From Mustelus asterias (Eukaryota), in contig NW_027590205.1 in the NCBI RefSeq assembly GCF_964213995.1, positions 372,001 through 436,000 on the forward strand: a stretch of DNA of 64,000 bases. Reading direction: 5' to 3'. The position numbers and the translations under genes are program-made. The notes below the pieces were generated by a model that saw nothing but the letters and a program-made list of their open reading frames with translations, did no database searches and was not told where the DNA came from. Within the stretch, counting starts at the first letter, position 1, and each line of letters begins with the position of its first letter. Shown here one piece after another: positions 11,498-25,040 of the stretch.

Positions 11498-13990
11498 TCA
11501 TAGAGCATTTACAACAGTGGAGAAGGCCATTTGACTCATCGTGTATGTGTTTGCCCTCTAAGGGAGTAATTCATCCAATAACACTCTCTACCCCATAGTC
11601 CAGCATTTTGTTCATTTTCAGACACTAATTCAATCCCATTTTGAAACCATCAATTGGCGCTGCCTGCACCAGACTCTCAAACAGCACATTCCAAATCTGA
11701 GTCAGTCACTGCCTGAAAATGTTTTCCGTTATGTCTCCATGCTTCTTTTGCCAATTAACTTCGACCCGCACCCTCTGGTACAAGATCCTTCTCCCAGTTA
11801 ACGGTTCCTCTCTATCGACTCTCTCCAGACCACTTAGGATTTTGAATGCCTCAATAAGAACATAATAAGAACATAAGAACTAGGAGCAGGAGTAGGTCAT
11901 CTGTCCCCTCGAGCCTGCTCCGCCATTCAATAAGATCTTTTCGTGGACTCAGCTCCACTTAACCGCGCCGCTCACCATAACCCTACATTCCTTTACTGTT
12001 GAAAAATTTATCTATCCTTGCCTTAAAAACATTCAATGAGGTAGCCTCAACTGCTTCACTGGGCAGGGAATTCCACAGATTCACAATCCTTTGTATGAAG
12101 AAGTTCCTCCTCAACTCAGTCCTAAATCTGCTTAATCTGATTTTGAGTCCATGCCCCCTAGCTCTAGTTTCACCTCCCAGTGGAAACAACTTTCCTGCTT
12201 CTATCTTATCTATTCCCTTCATAATTTTATATGTTTCCATGAGAACTGCCCTCATTCTTCTGAACTCCAATGAGTATAGCCCCAGTCTATTCAGTCTCTC
12301 CTCATAAACCAGCCCACTCAACTCCGGAATCAACCTAGTGAATCCCCTCTGCACCCCCTCCAGTGCCAGTATATCCTTTCTCAAATAAGGAGACCAAAAC
12401 TGTACACAGTACTCCAGTTGTGACCTCACCAGCACCTTATACAACTGCAACATAACCTCGCTGTTTTTAAACTCCATCCCTCTCGCAATGAAGGCCAACA
12501 TTCTAATTGCCTTCTTAATTACCTGCTGCACCTGCAAACCAACTCCTTGAGATTCTTTCACAAGGACACCCAGGTCCCTCTGCAGAGCAGCATGCTGCAA
12601 TTTTTTACCATTTAAATAGTAGCCCATTTTGCTGTTATTCCTACCAAAATGGATGACCTCACATTTACCAACATTGTACTCCATCTGCCAGACCCTCGCC
12701 CACTCACTTAGACTATCTATATCCCTTTGCAGACTTACAGCATCCTCTGCACACTTTGCTCTGCCACTCATCTTCGTGTCGTCTACGAATTTTGACACAC
12801 TACACTTGGTCCCCAATTCCAAATCATCTATATAAATCGTAAACAATTGCTGTCCCAACAGTGATCCGTCAGGCACACCACTAGTCACTGATCGCCAACC
12901 AGAAAAACACCCATTTACCCCTTCTCTTAACTTTCTGTTAGTTAGCCAATCCTCTATCCATGCTAATACATTACCCGTAACACCGTGCACCTTTATCTTA
13001 TGCAGCAGTCTTTGGCGCGGCACCTTGTCAAATGCTTTCTGGAAATCCAGATACACCACATCCACAGGTTCCCCATTGTCCAATGTACATGTAACGTTCT
13101 CAAAGAATTCCACCAAATTAGTGAAACATGACCTTCCCTTCACGAACCCATGCTAAGATCACATCAGTAACTTCCTGTCAAGGAAAACAGTCCTAGCCTC
13201 TCCAATATATTCTTGTAATTGAAGTTTCTGAACTCTGGAACTATTCTTGTGTTTTTCCTCTGCAGCCATCCTGTTGGCTTTACATTCCTCCTTAAGTTTG
13301 GTGCCCCGAATTGGACGCAATATTTCTGTTGACTATTTTCCATTGCTTTCGACAGGTATGGCATAATTTCCTTGTTTCTGTATTCTTTTCCCGAATAGAC
13401 AAAGATTATTAACTATTTTATTTACTGCAGTCTCAACTGTCTTCCACCACGAATGATTTATTCACATATTCTCCCAGTTCCCTCGGCGTCGACACCCACT
13501 TTCATAGCGTTTTCATCATTTCCATTTGTCTCTTCACATTTTGCATAACAAAACTAAGCATGTAACTTTACTCTGCAATAAACTAAACCTCCGAATTGCA
13601 AGCCCATTGCACCAATTAGGTTTTCTTTCGTTCTAAAGTTCTGTATGATCTACTGATGGTTGGCAATGTTTCCAAGTTCTGCATCATTCACAGGTCTTGA
13701 AAATCTGACTTCCATACCAAGCTCTCGGTCATTACTGTGCCAGGAAGGTCAAGGGTCACATAACCTATTCCTGGCAACTTCACTACAAGCTTTGCTTAAG
13801 TCCGAAAAACAGCGACGAGTTGTTTTCTGGCACTCAGCCAATTTCCTGTCCATTGTGCTCCTGTCTATTTTATTCTCTGAGCTCCATATTTACTCACAAG
13901 GCTGTGGTGCGGCACAATATCACATGACCTTTGAACGCCCATTAAGAGAAATACCCTCACAAACCATCTCTGTTACTCAGCGTAAAACTC
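11498..13990 (-). mobile_element. Old CR1 with a younger CR1 (11856-13152) nested in it
   Basis: 386-aa RT ORF 11983-13143 (DFQKAFD, KFVDD) with (aagaacat)n tail; decayed CR1 sequence continues on both sides. Confidence 0.85.
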
Positions 13991-14049
13991 AAGCAAGTTA
14001 ATTATACACGGTTTGACCTGAACAAATACATTCTGGCTGAATTTGTCAA

Positions 14050-14410
14050 GAAACATATAAGTGGGATGATTTCTGCAGTGATGAAGAGAGTGAAGATATA
14101 AATGCTAAATCTGCTGACGACACAAATATAGATCGGAAAATTGGACATTGGCGAGGGCATTGGGCATATCTCGAATATTGTGTGCACTACTTGTCTCCTT
14201 ATCTTAAGAAAGATGTTAATGCGTTTGAAAAAGTTCAGAGGAGTTTCTAAACTATTACCAGCTATGAGCGGGTCATCTTATGAGGAAAGAATGGTACCGT
14301 CAGGTTTATACCCACGGGAGTTTAGAAGAGTGAGAGGCAAATTGGCTGAAACGTTCAAAACTCTAAGGGGTGCGAACAGTGTGGATGTTGAGCGGATGTT
14401 TCCTCTTGTC
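14050..14410 (+). mobile_element. Degenerate CR1 RT/C-terminal fragment
   Basis: KFADDT-like start, SYEER, EFRRVRGKL, VDVERMFPLV. Confidence 0.7.
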
Positions 14411-14477
14411 CAATGTTGTAGCTGTACTGGATATTCTCTGAGTGCAAGTATCTCAGGTCTTGGTTCTGCGTCTGTTA

Positions 14478-14612
14478 CCACTGCTGTGCTGTCCACGGGA
14501 GGGCGCTCTTTGATCACTTACCGAACATCAGTCTCCTTTTGCAGAAAGTGACAGTTTGCTGATACGAAAATGGGCGGAGAAAATAAATTACATCCAATCA
14601 CATTGCATCTTC
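14478..14612 (+). promoter_or_regulatory. Orphan paralog of the TCR V1 promoter, with CTCF-like core and GC box
   Basis: gctgtgctgtccacgggag.gc.ctct.tgatcactta and atgggcggaga are shared with 27519-27620, upstream of the V1 ATG. Confidence 0.65.
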
Positions 14613-15329
14613 CCGGATCTTTTGATTCAACCTTTAACTTCAATACATTTATTTCACTCAAATGTCCTCATTCTGAATTGAATATCTCTGAAATAGAGAA
14701 CATTGAATTGCAAGCATGACTGATCAACAAAAGAAAGCGCGTCACTGGGAAATACACATCCCATGGTAGCTTTTTGAAATTGACCGCAGTCATCTTTCAA
14801 ACAAAAGCAAATATCTTTCAAGGGAAGAGATTTAAGAGTGATCTGTTAGTTATACTTGATCCTTCTTTATTCTGTGTGTGAAACATTCTGGCGCTTAAAT
14901 ATCTTTCATCTGCATGAGGCCCAGCAGGTCCGCACTGATTCTCCATTTCCTCATCTGCCTGAATGGTATTTCCTATATCTTTTTAAGAAGAACAATTTTA
15001 AAAATAAGCTTCGAAGCAATGTGTGCCATTTCCTCTAGTTCACTTACAGTTTCACTTGTGTCTGTCCTTATGAGCATGTTCGACATGTTTCAGATGGTGA
15101 TTAAAGCTCTTAGTCTTCACCTGTAAACGCATTAAATTTTATTGTGGACTGAACGGGTTGCGAATATAACAAGACAAACATTTATTTCCTGCCATTGCAT
15201 CCTAAAACACAGCATTTCTGATTTTCCTCAAGGCAATTGAGTTACTGTAAGATACGATTGTCCGAAAAGCATTTGAGTTGATGTGACATCGAGATTCACA
15301 TAATGTTGAGCAATGATGGTTGCACAGTG

Positions 15330-15642
15330 GGGGGCGGCACAGTGGCACATTGGTTAGCACTGCGGTCTCACAGAGACCTGGGTTCGATTCCTGGCTTGGG
15401 TCATTGTCTGTGTTGAGTTTGCACGTTCTCCCCGTGTCTGTGTGGGGTTCCCGGGTCCTCTGGTTTCCTCCCACAGTCCAGAGATGTGCGGGAGAGGCGG
15501 GTTGGCCATGCAAAATTGCCCCTTAGTGTCAGGGGGACGAGCCAGGTAAATACATGGGGTTATGGGGATAGGGCCTGGATGGGATTGTGTTCGGTGCAGC
15601 TTCGATGGGCCGAATGGCCCCATTCTTTACGATGTGATTCTA
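15330..15642 (+). mobile_element. HE1-type SINE
   Basis: ggggcggcacagtggcaca.tggttagcactgc head through gggccgaatggcc tail. Confidence 0.9.
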
Positions 15643-15694
15643 GGATGTTAAACCATGCAGGCTTCGCACGCCATTAATACGAAAGGTCCCAAAG

Positions 15695-15767
15695 TGTTTC
15701 TGCCGGGTTTTGATACGGGAATCTTTCGAGTGTGCGGCGAACGTGATAACCATGACATTACATGAAC
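15695..15767 (-). pseudogene. tRNA-Val(CAC)-derived pseudogene
   Basis: Reverse complement GTTCATGTAATGTCATGGTTATCACGTTCGCCGCACACTCGAAAG...CAGAAACA; B box and stems broken. Confidence 0.8.
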
Positions 15768-16154
15768 AGCTGACAGCATATTTTAGCTAATCGGCATGTC
15801 TGCAATATCCAACTGCGCTGCGCTGCTGCAGGTTCCAATGGTTAGTTTGAGAGCCCATGTCACTGAATTCAAGAAGACAACTGGTACTTTCACAACTTAT
15901 CTTGAACATCAAAATTTAAAAGCTTTCGTCTGGCAAATATCTGAGGAAGCAATGATTTCTGCCCATTCATTAATGCATCATTCTCATCTTCCTTCGAATA
16001 ATCTCAAACAATTGTCCTCATTAATAAAAGTAATTACTGCGGATGCTGGAATTGGAAAGCAAAAGAGAAAATGCTGGAAAATCTCGCAATATCTCAGCAT
16101 CTGTCAGGAGAGAGAAGGGCTGACGATTCGAGTCCAGATGACTATAGCATAACT

Positions 16155-16420
16155 ATAGGGTTCATGGTGGGAGATATAGGAAGGATATCAGAGGTAGGTT
16201 CTTCACGCAGAGAGTGGTTGGGGTGTGGAATGGACTGCCTGCAGTGATAGTGGAGTCAGACACTTTAGGAACATTTAAGCGGTTATTGGATAGGCACATG
16301 GAGCACACCAGGATGGTAGGGAGTGGGATAGCTTGATCTTGGTTTCAGATGAAGGTCGGCACAACATCGTGGGCCGAAGGGCCTGTTGTGTGCTGTACTG
16401 TTCTATGTTCTATGTTCTAT
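16155..16420 (+). mobile_element. CR1 3' end inserted into the hammerhead motif of a Val unit
   Basis: GRFFTQRVVGVWNGLP, gggccgaagggcctgtt, (ttctatg)3 tail; host sequence resumes at 'gac'. Confidence 0.85.
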
Positions 16421-17211
16421 GACACTGTGTCAAAGCTAATTGAGCAATTGCACTTAGTACTTGTTTCAATATTTAGTACCAATGCATTATTTAACACATA
16501 TGTCTTCATTATGAATTGAATATCTCTGGAATTGAATATCACAGAATTGCAAACATAACTGACTAACAGAACGAATCGAATCACCGGGTAATACAGATCG
16601 CAATTTTGAGATTGACTATCGCCAGCTTTTAAACAAAGTCAACTCCGTTTAAATGGAAGTGATTCAAGAATTAACTGTTCGTGACACTTGGGCCTTTTTT
16701 ATTATGGGCGTGAATTATTGAGACGCATAAATTCCGGCCATTTATAGGAAAGTCCAGAAGATCTGCACTGAGTCCCGATTCCCTCATCTGTCTGAGTGTT
16801 TTTTTAAAAATTTCTTTGTTGTAAACAACGATTTTAAAATGGAATCTTCTGGGAAATGAGCGCCATTTCCGATAGATCACTTACAATATCACTTGTGTCA
16901 GTCTTCTGGAGCACATACTGCCATTAGATATATTTCAGACGGTGATTAGCCATGTCAGTCTGCACCTGTAAACCCATTAAATTCTGTTGGAGACTGAACG
17001 AGATGCGAATATGTGCTCGTTGTCAAAATCGAAACGTTTCTTTCCTGTCAGGCATCAAAAAAAAAATCAGCATTTCTTATTTTACAGAAAACATTGGAGG
17101 CCGATGTCAGAGCAACGATAATATGCCTGTAATATCGAGGTTCAGATAATGTTGAGGAACGAACTGAAATCATGCAATTTTCCTTCACCCGACATGAGAA
17201 ATCTTCATGAA

Positions 17212-17284
17212 TGTTTCTGCTTCGTTTGGAACCAGGATCCTTCCGCGTGTCGGACGAACATAATAACCACTGCACTACAGAAAC
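17212..17284 (-). pseudogene. tRNA-Val-derived pseudogene (anticodon reads GAC)
   Basis: Reverse complement GTTTCTGTAGTGCAGTGGTTATTATGTTCGTCCGACACGCGGAAGG...CAGAAACA. Confidence 0.8.
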
Positions 17285-17788
17285 AGCTGGACGCAAGCTG
17301 CAGCAAATCGGCCTGTCCGCAATGTTCAACTGCTGCAGGTTCCAATGGTTAGACTGAGAGCACATGTCACTTAATTCAGGAAGATAACCGTTGCTTTCAA
17401 TCTGATTGCTCAAATTATCTTGAACTTCAAAAGTTAAAAGCGTTCTTCTGGCAAATATCTAAGGGAACAATGATTTCTGGCCATTCATTAATGCATCATT
17501 CTCATCTTCCTTCGACTAATCTCAACCAATTTTACTCAGCGATAAAAGCAAATTCCTGCAGATACTGGAATCGGAAACCAAACGAAAAAATGCTGGTAAA
17601 TCTCAAAACGTCTGACAGCACCTGTAAGGAGAGAAATGAACTGATGTTCGAATCCAGGTGACACTTTAACAAAGTTCATTGTACAATTGTACTCAGTATT
17701 TGTTTCAGTATTTAGTCTGAATGCATTATTTAACACATATGTCTTCATTATGAATTGTATACCTCTGAAATTCAATATCATAGAATTG

Positions 17789-20703
17789 CTCCTCCCTCTG
17801 GGGGAGGATGACCTCACTGGGCCTGGAGGTCTGGAGTGCTTATACTTAAATGCAAGGAGCGTAGCAGGTAAGACAGATGAACTGAGGGCCTTAATGCTCA
17901 CGAGGAATTTGGATGTGGTTGCGGTGACAGAAACTTGGTTGAAAGAGGGACAGGACTGGCAGCTGAATATTCCGGGGTACAAGTGTTTTAGGCGAGACAG
18001 AGGAGGGGCCAAAAGAGGTGGGGGAGTAGCAGTATTAGTTGGAGAGCATATGACAGCGGCGCAGAGGGACGACAATTCAGAGGGGTCGTGTAACGAGTCA
18101 CTCTGGGTGGAGCTTAGAAACAGGAAGGGCGCAGTCACTATGTTGGGGGTATACTACAGGCCCCCCAACAGCCCAAGGGAAGTGGAAGAACGGATATGTC
18201 AGGAGATACTGGATAGGTGCAGGAAAAATAGGGTTGTTGTAGTGGGAGACTTCAATTTCCCTGGTATAGACTGGAAATCGCTGAGAGCAGGGACTCTGAA
18301 TGGGGAGGAATTTGTAAAATGCGTACAGGAGGGTTCTTTGGAACAATATGTAGATAGCCCGACTAGAGAGGGGGCTATACTGGACCTCGTACTGGGGAAT
18401 GAGCCCGGTCAGGTCTTCAAAGTTTCGGTAGGGGAACATGTGGCAAATAGTGACCACAATTCTGTTAGCTTTAGGATAGTGATGGAAAAGGAGGAGTGGT
18501 GTCCCAAGGGTAAGGTGTTGGATTGGGGGAAGGCTAACTTTAGTGGGATTAGGCAGAAATTGGCAGCTCTTGATTGGGAGAGGCTGTTTGAGGGTAAATC
18601 CACATCTGGCATGTGGGAGTCTTTTAAGGAACAGTTGTTAGGGCTACAGGACAGGCATGTGCCTGTTAAAAAGAAGGATAGGAAGGGTAGGATTCGAGAA
18701 CCGTGGATAACCAGGGAAATTGAGGGACTGGTCAAAAAGAAAAGAGAGGCGTATGGTAGGTCCAGGCAGCTAAAAACGGAGGGAGCTCTGGAGGAATACA
18801 AAGAAAGGAGGAAAGAACTCAAACGGGGAATTAGAAGAGCAAAAAGGGGTCACGAAATGTTATTGGCAGACAGGATTAAGGAGAATCCCAAGGCATTTTA
18901 TTCATACGTTAGGAACAAAAGGGTTGTCAGGGAAAAAATCGGACCTCTCAGGGACAAAAGTGGGGAATTATGCTTGGAGCCCAAAGAAGTAGGGGAGATC
19001 CTAAATGAATACTTTGCGTCGGTATTCACAAAGGAGAGGGATGTGTTGACTGGGAGTGTCTCGGAGGGGAGTGTTGAACCGTTGGAGAAAATCTCCATTA
19101 CAAAGGAGGAAGTGTTAGGTTTGTTAGAGAATTTAAAGACTGACAAATCCCCAGGGCCTGATGGAATCTATCCAAGGCTGCTCAGAGAGACGAGAGATGA
19201 AATCGCTGGGCCTCTGACGCAAATCTTTGTCTCGTCACTGGACGCAGGTGAGGTCCCAGAGGATTGGAGGATAGCTAATGTGGTCCCGTTATTTAAGAAG
19301 GGTAGGAAGGATAACCCGGGTAATTATAGGCCGGTGAGCTTGACGTCCGTGGTGGGGAAGTTGTTGGAGAAGATTCTTAGAGATAGGATGTATGCGCATT
19401 TAGAAAGGAATAAACTCATTAACGATAGTCAGCATGGTTTGTGAGAGGGGGGTCATGCCTCACTAACCTGGTGGAGTTTTTTGAAGAAGTGACCAAAATG
19501 GTTGACGAGGGAAGGGCCGTGGATGTCGTCTATATGGACTTTAGTAAAGCATTTGACAAAGTCCCTCATGGTAGGCTGGTGAAAAAGGTTGGATCTCATG
19601 GGATAAAGGGGGAGGTGTCTAGATGGGTGGAGAACTGGCTTGGTCACAGAAGACACAGGGTGGTAGTGGAAGGGTCTTTTTCCGGCTGGAGGCCTGTGAC
19701 TAGTGGTGTTCCGCAGGGCTCTGTATTGGGACCTCTGCTGTTTGTGATTTATATAAATGATCTGGAAGAAGGTGTAACTGGGGTGATCAGTAAGTTTGCG
19801 GACGACACAAAATTGGCAGGACTTGCAGATAGTGAGGAGCATTGTCAGAAGCTACAGAAGGACATAGATAGGCTGGAAATTTGGGCAAAGAAATGGCAGA
19901 TGGAGTTCGATCCTGATCAATGCGAAGTGATGCATTTTGGTAGAAATAATGTCTGGAGGAGCTATATGATAAATGGCAGAACCATAAAGGGTGTAGATAC
20001 GCAGAGGGACCTGGGTGTGCAAGTCCACAGATCCTTGAAAGTGACGTCACAGGTGGAGAAGGCGGTGAAGAAGGCATATGGCATGCTTGCCTTTATAGGG
20101 CGGGGCATAGAGTATAAAAGTTGGGGTCTGATGTTGCAGATGTATAGAACGTTGGTTCGGCCGCATCTGGAATAGTGCGTCCAGTTCTGGTCGCCACACT
20201 ACCAGAAGGACGTGGAGGCTTTGGAGAGAGTACAAAGGAGGTTTACCAGTATGTTACCTGGTATGGAGGGGCTTAGTTATGAGGAGAGATTGGGTAAACT
20301 GGGTTTGTTCTCCCTGGAAAGACGGAGGATGAGGGGAGACTTAATAGAGGTGTATAAAATTATGAAAGGCATAGATAGGGTGAACGGTGGGAAGCTTTTC
20401 CCCAGGTCGGTGGTGACGTTCACGAGGGGTCATAGGTTCAAGGTGAAGGGAGGGAGGTTTAACACAGATATCAGACGGACATATTTTACACAGAGGGTGG
20501 TGGAGGCCTGGAATGCGCTGCCAGGCAAGGTGGTGGAGGCGGACACACTGGGAACGTTTAAGACTTATCTAGACAGCCATATGAACGGAGTGGGAATGGA
20601 GGGATACAAAAGAGTGGTCTAGTTTGGACCAAGGAGCGGCGCGGGCTTGGAGGGCCGAAGGGCCTGTTCCTGTGCTGTATTGTTCTTTGTTCTTTGTTCT
20701 TTA
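17789..20703 (+). mobile_element. CR1 LINE, ORF2 nearly complete (frameshift ~19441, stop 20173-20175)
   Basis: NARS/ETW/GDFN/SDH endonuclease motifs, RT motifs, (ttctttg)n tail. Confidence 0.93.
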
Positions 20704-21307
20704 TAACTGATCAAAAGGAATCGAGTCACGGGGAATACAGATCACAATTATGAGATTGACCATAGTGAACTACATTTAACCAAAGTGAACTACATTTAAA
20801 TAGTCGAGATTGAAGAATTATCTGCTATTGACACTTGTGTCTTTTTTATTATGGGCGTGAAATATTCAGGCGCATAAATTCCAGCCATTTAAATGAAAGT
20901 CCAGTAGATCCGCACTAAATCTCGATTTCCTCATCTGTCTGAGTGGTTTCTTTTTCCTATTTCTTTGTTTTGAAGAACGATTAAAGAGAAAGATTCTTCT
21001 GGGAAATGTGCGCCATTTCCGATAGTTCGCTTGCAGTATCACTTGTGTTAGTCCCCTGGAGCACATACTACAATTCGAACAGTTCCAGATGGTGATTAGC
21101 TGCGTTAATCTGCACCCACGAACTCATTAAATTCTGTTGTTGACTGAACGTGATGCGAATATGTGCACAGTGTCGAAATCGAAATGTTTCTTTCCTGTCA
21201 TTTCGTCACAAAGCTATCAACATTCTTATTTTACAGAAAGCATTTGAGGCCGAGGTCAGAGCAAAGATCATATGGCTGCAATATCAAGATTCGGATAACG
21301 TTCAGCA

Positions 21308-22083
21308 ACGAAAGTCTAATACAGATCGGAAATATACAGTAAATGGCAGCACCCTTAAGAGTATTGATAGACAAAGGGATCTGGGTGTACAAGTACACAG
21401 GTCACTGAAAGTGGCAATGCAGGTGGAGAAGGTAGTCAAGAAGGCATACAGCATGGTTGCCTTCATCGGCCAGGGCATTGAGTTTAAAAATTGGCAAGTC
21501 ATGTTGCAGCTTTATAGAACCTTATTTAGGCCGCACTTGGAATATCGTGTTGAATTCTGGTTGCCACACAACCAGAAGGATGTGGAGCTTTGGAGAGGGT
21601 ACATAAAAGATTTACCAGGATGTTGCGTGGTATGGAGAGGATTAGCTACGAGGTGAGATTGCAGAAACTTGGTTTGTTCTCACGAGAGCGACGGAGGTTG
21701 AGGGGCGCCCTGATAGAAGTCTACAAGATTATGAGAGGCATGGACAGAGTGGATAGTCAGAAGCTTTTTCCTCGGGTGGAAGAGTCAATTACTGGGGGAC
21801 ATAGATTTAAAATGCGAGGGGCAAGGTTTAAAGGAGATGTACAAGGCAGACTTTTTAAACAGGGATTAGTGGGTGCCTGGGACTTGTTGCCAGGGGAGGT
21901 AGTGCAAGCGAATACGGCAGTGACTTTTAAGGGGCGCCTTGACAAGTACATGAATAGGAATGGGAATAGAGGGATATGGTCCCCGGAAAGGTCGGGGGTT
22001 TTGGTTAATTCGGGCAGCATTGTCGGTGCAGACATGGAGGGCCGAAGGGCCTGTTCCTGTGCTGTAATGTTCTTTGTTCTTTG
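21308..22083 (+). mobile_element. 5'-truncated CR1
   Basis: QRDLGVQVHRSLKV...RPHLEY; 3' stem-loop and ttctttg tail. Confidence 0.88.
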
Positions 22084-22504
22084 TACTGAAATCATACAGA
22101 TTTTCCTCAATCTAAATTAGGAAGCTCAATAAATGTTTCTGCCAGGTTTTGAACCCGGAACCTTTCGCCTCTCTGCAATGTTCAACTGCACTGTATTGCT
22201 GCAGTTTCAAATGATTAGACTGAGAGGCCATGTCACTTGTTTCAGGAAGATAACCGTTACTTTCAATGTGATTGCTCAACTTATCTTGAACTTCAAAATT
22301 TGAAAGCGATCGCCTGGCAAATATCTAAGGGATCAATGATTTCTGCTCATTCACTAATGCATCATATTCATCTTCCTTCGAATAATCTCAACCACTTGTG
22401 CTGATTAATTAAAGCAAATTACTGCGGATGATGGATTCTGAAACCAGAGGAGAAAATGCTGGAAAATCTCACATGGTCTGGCAGCATCTGGAACGAGAGA
22501 AAGG

Positions 22505-22543
22505 AGCTGACGTTTCGAGTCCAGATGACACTTTGTCAAAGCT
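22505..22543 (-). ncRNA. Minimal type I hammerhead ribozyme motif, U3-A8 core variant (best copy in the Val units)
   Basis: Reverse complement AGCT-TTGACAA-A-GTGTC-atctg-GACTC-GAAAC-GTC-AGCT: core, stem II with one mismatch, palindromic ACGT stem III, GUC cleavage triplet. Confidence 0.6.
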
Positions 22544-23372
22544 CATTGTACAATAGTACTCAGTATTTGTTTCAATATTTAGTATCAATGCATGATTTAA
22601 CACATATGTCTGAATATCTCTGAACTTGAATATCACTGAATTGCAAACGTAACTGGCCAACGAAAAGAGTCGAGTCACCGGGTAATACAGATCCCATGGT
22701 GTTTGTTTGAGATTGGCCATTGTCAGTTTTTAAACAAAGTCAACTATAATTAAATGGAAGAGATTGAAAAATTATCGGTGAGGTATACTTGAGCCTTTTT
22801 TATTATAAGTGTGAAACACTCAGGCGCATAAATTCCAGCCACCAATAGGAAAGTCTAGTTGATCCGCACTGAGTCTCCATTTCCTCATCTGTCTGAGTGT
22901 TTTTTTTTCCGATTTCCATGTGATGAAGCAAGATTTTTTAAAAAAGATTCTTCTGGGAAATTTGCACCATTTCCCCTAGTTCCCCTAGTTCCCCTAGACT
23001 TCTATCAGGTCGCCCCTCAACCTCCGTCGTTCTAGTTCACTTCGAGTATTACTTGTGTCTGTCTTTTTGAGCACACACTCCCATTAGACATGTTTCAGAT
23101 GGTGATTCGCTATTTTAGTTTGCACCTATGAACCCATTAAATTCTGTTGTCCACTGAACAAGATGATACTATGTGCGTGTTGTCAAAATAGAGACGTTTC
23201 TTTCCTGCCAGTGCGTCAAAAAACAAATCAGCATTTCTTATTCACAGAAACCATTTGAGGTTGAGGTCAGAGGAAAGATAATGTTGCTGTAATATCGAGA
23301 TTCGGATAATGTTCAGCAACGAACTGAAATCATACAGGATTTCCCTCATCTTACATGAGAAAGCTTAACGAA

Positions 23373-23446
23373 TGCTGCTTCCCTGTTTCGGACCGGCGGC
23401 TTTTCGTGTTTTAGGAGAACGGGATAACCACTCCATTGCAGATAGC
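23373..23446 (-). pseudogene. tRNA-Val-derived pseudogene (heavily decayed)
   Basis: GTGGTTATC.CGTTC.CCT...ACACGAAA...CCGAAAC remnants at the expected unit position. Confidence 0.7.
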
Positions 23447-24967
23447 ATTGGGGCCTCAATGGCCCTGACTACAATGTTTAACTCCACTTTGTTGCTGCAG
23501 GTTTGAATGGTATGATTGAGGGCACATGTCACTTAATACAGCAGCACATCCCTTACTTTCAACCTGATATCTCAACTTATCTTGTTCTTCGAAATTGAAA
23601 AGAGTTCGTCCGGCAAATATCTAAGGAAGCGCTGATTTGTGCTCAATTATTAATGCGTCATTCTTATCTTCCTGCGAATAATTTCAACCAATTATACTCA
23701 ATATCTGTTTCATAGAATCATAGAATCAGTGCAGAAACGGCCAATCGGCCCAACGAATCAGCAGCGACGCCAGAGTATCATAACCAGGCCATTTCCCCTG
23801 CTGTCCCCACAACGCTACTCCTTTCCCATGGCTAATCTATCTAACCGAGGGGCAATCCACCTTGGATCATCATTCAATTTTTAATATCAATACAGTTATT
23901 TAATATATATGTCCAAATTCTGAATTTAATATCTCTGGAACAATATCTCTGGAACATGCAATCGGTCTGACTGCATTGTTCAACTCCGCTCTATTGCTGC
24001 AGGTTCGAATGGTTAGACTGAGAGTCCATGTACCTCAGTGCAAGAGACAACCGTTACTTTCAACGTGATGTCTCAACTTGTCTCGAATTTCAAAATTTAA
24101 AATAATTCATCGGACAAATGTCTAAGGGAGCAATGATTTCTGCTCAATCGTGAATGCGTCATTCTCATATACCATCGATTAACTTCAACCACTTATATCC
24201 AGTATTTGTTCGGTAATCAACATTTAATATCAATCCAGTTATTTAACACAGATGTCCTCATTGCGAATTGAATATGTCTGAAATATACAACATTGAATTG
24301 CAAACATTACTGACCAACAAAATAAATCGAGTCACGGGTAATACACATCGAATGGTGCGTTTTTAAGTAAGTTTGACCATGATCAGCTTTTAAACCAAAT
24401 CAAATATATTTAAAGGGAAGAGATTCAAGAATGATCTGTCAGTTATACTTGATCCCTCTTTATTCTGTGTGTGAAACATTCTGGCGCCTAAATCTCGTTC
24501 ATCTATAGGAGATCCAGAAGGCCCGCTTTGTTTCTTGATTTCCTCTTCTGTCTGAGAGGCTTTCCCTATTTCGTTAGTATGAAGAAACATTTTAAAAAGA
24601 TGCTTCGGGGAAATGTTCTCCATTTTCTCTCCTTCAGTTACAGTATCACTTGTATCTGTATTTGTGAGCACACAATACTATTAGACATGTTTCAGTTGGT
24701 GATGAAGTATGTTAGTCTGCATCTATAAACCTATTAAATTCGGGTGTGGGCTGAAAATATTGCTAATATGTGCACGGTTTTAAAATAGGAACATCTATTT
24801 CCTCTCATTGCGTCATGAAAACACAAGATTTCTGATTTTGCTGAAAGCTTTTGAGGCCGAGGTGAGCGCAAATATAACATGGCTGTAACATCGAGTTTCG
24901 GATAATGTTCAGCTACAATCTGAAATTATACAGACTTCCCTCAACCTTAATGAACAAATGTCATTAA

Positions 24968-25040
24968 TGCTTCTGCTCGATTTCGAACGTGGGCCCTTGC
25001 GTGCGCGAGGCAAATGCAATCAGCAGTACACCACAGAAAC
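24968..25040 (-). pseudogene. tRNA-Val-derived pseudogene
   Basis: Reverse complement GTTTCTGTGGTGTAC...GTTCGAAATCGAGCAGAAGCA. Confidence 0.7.

Noticed and set aside
17687-17790. N-terminal extension of the 585-aa ORF, suggesting a host-LINE fusion protein
   Set aside because: Chance read-through from the non-coding Val unit into CR1 ORF2; the same unit sequence gives only short ORFs elsewhere.
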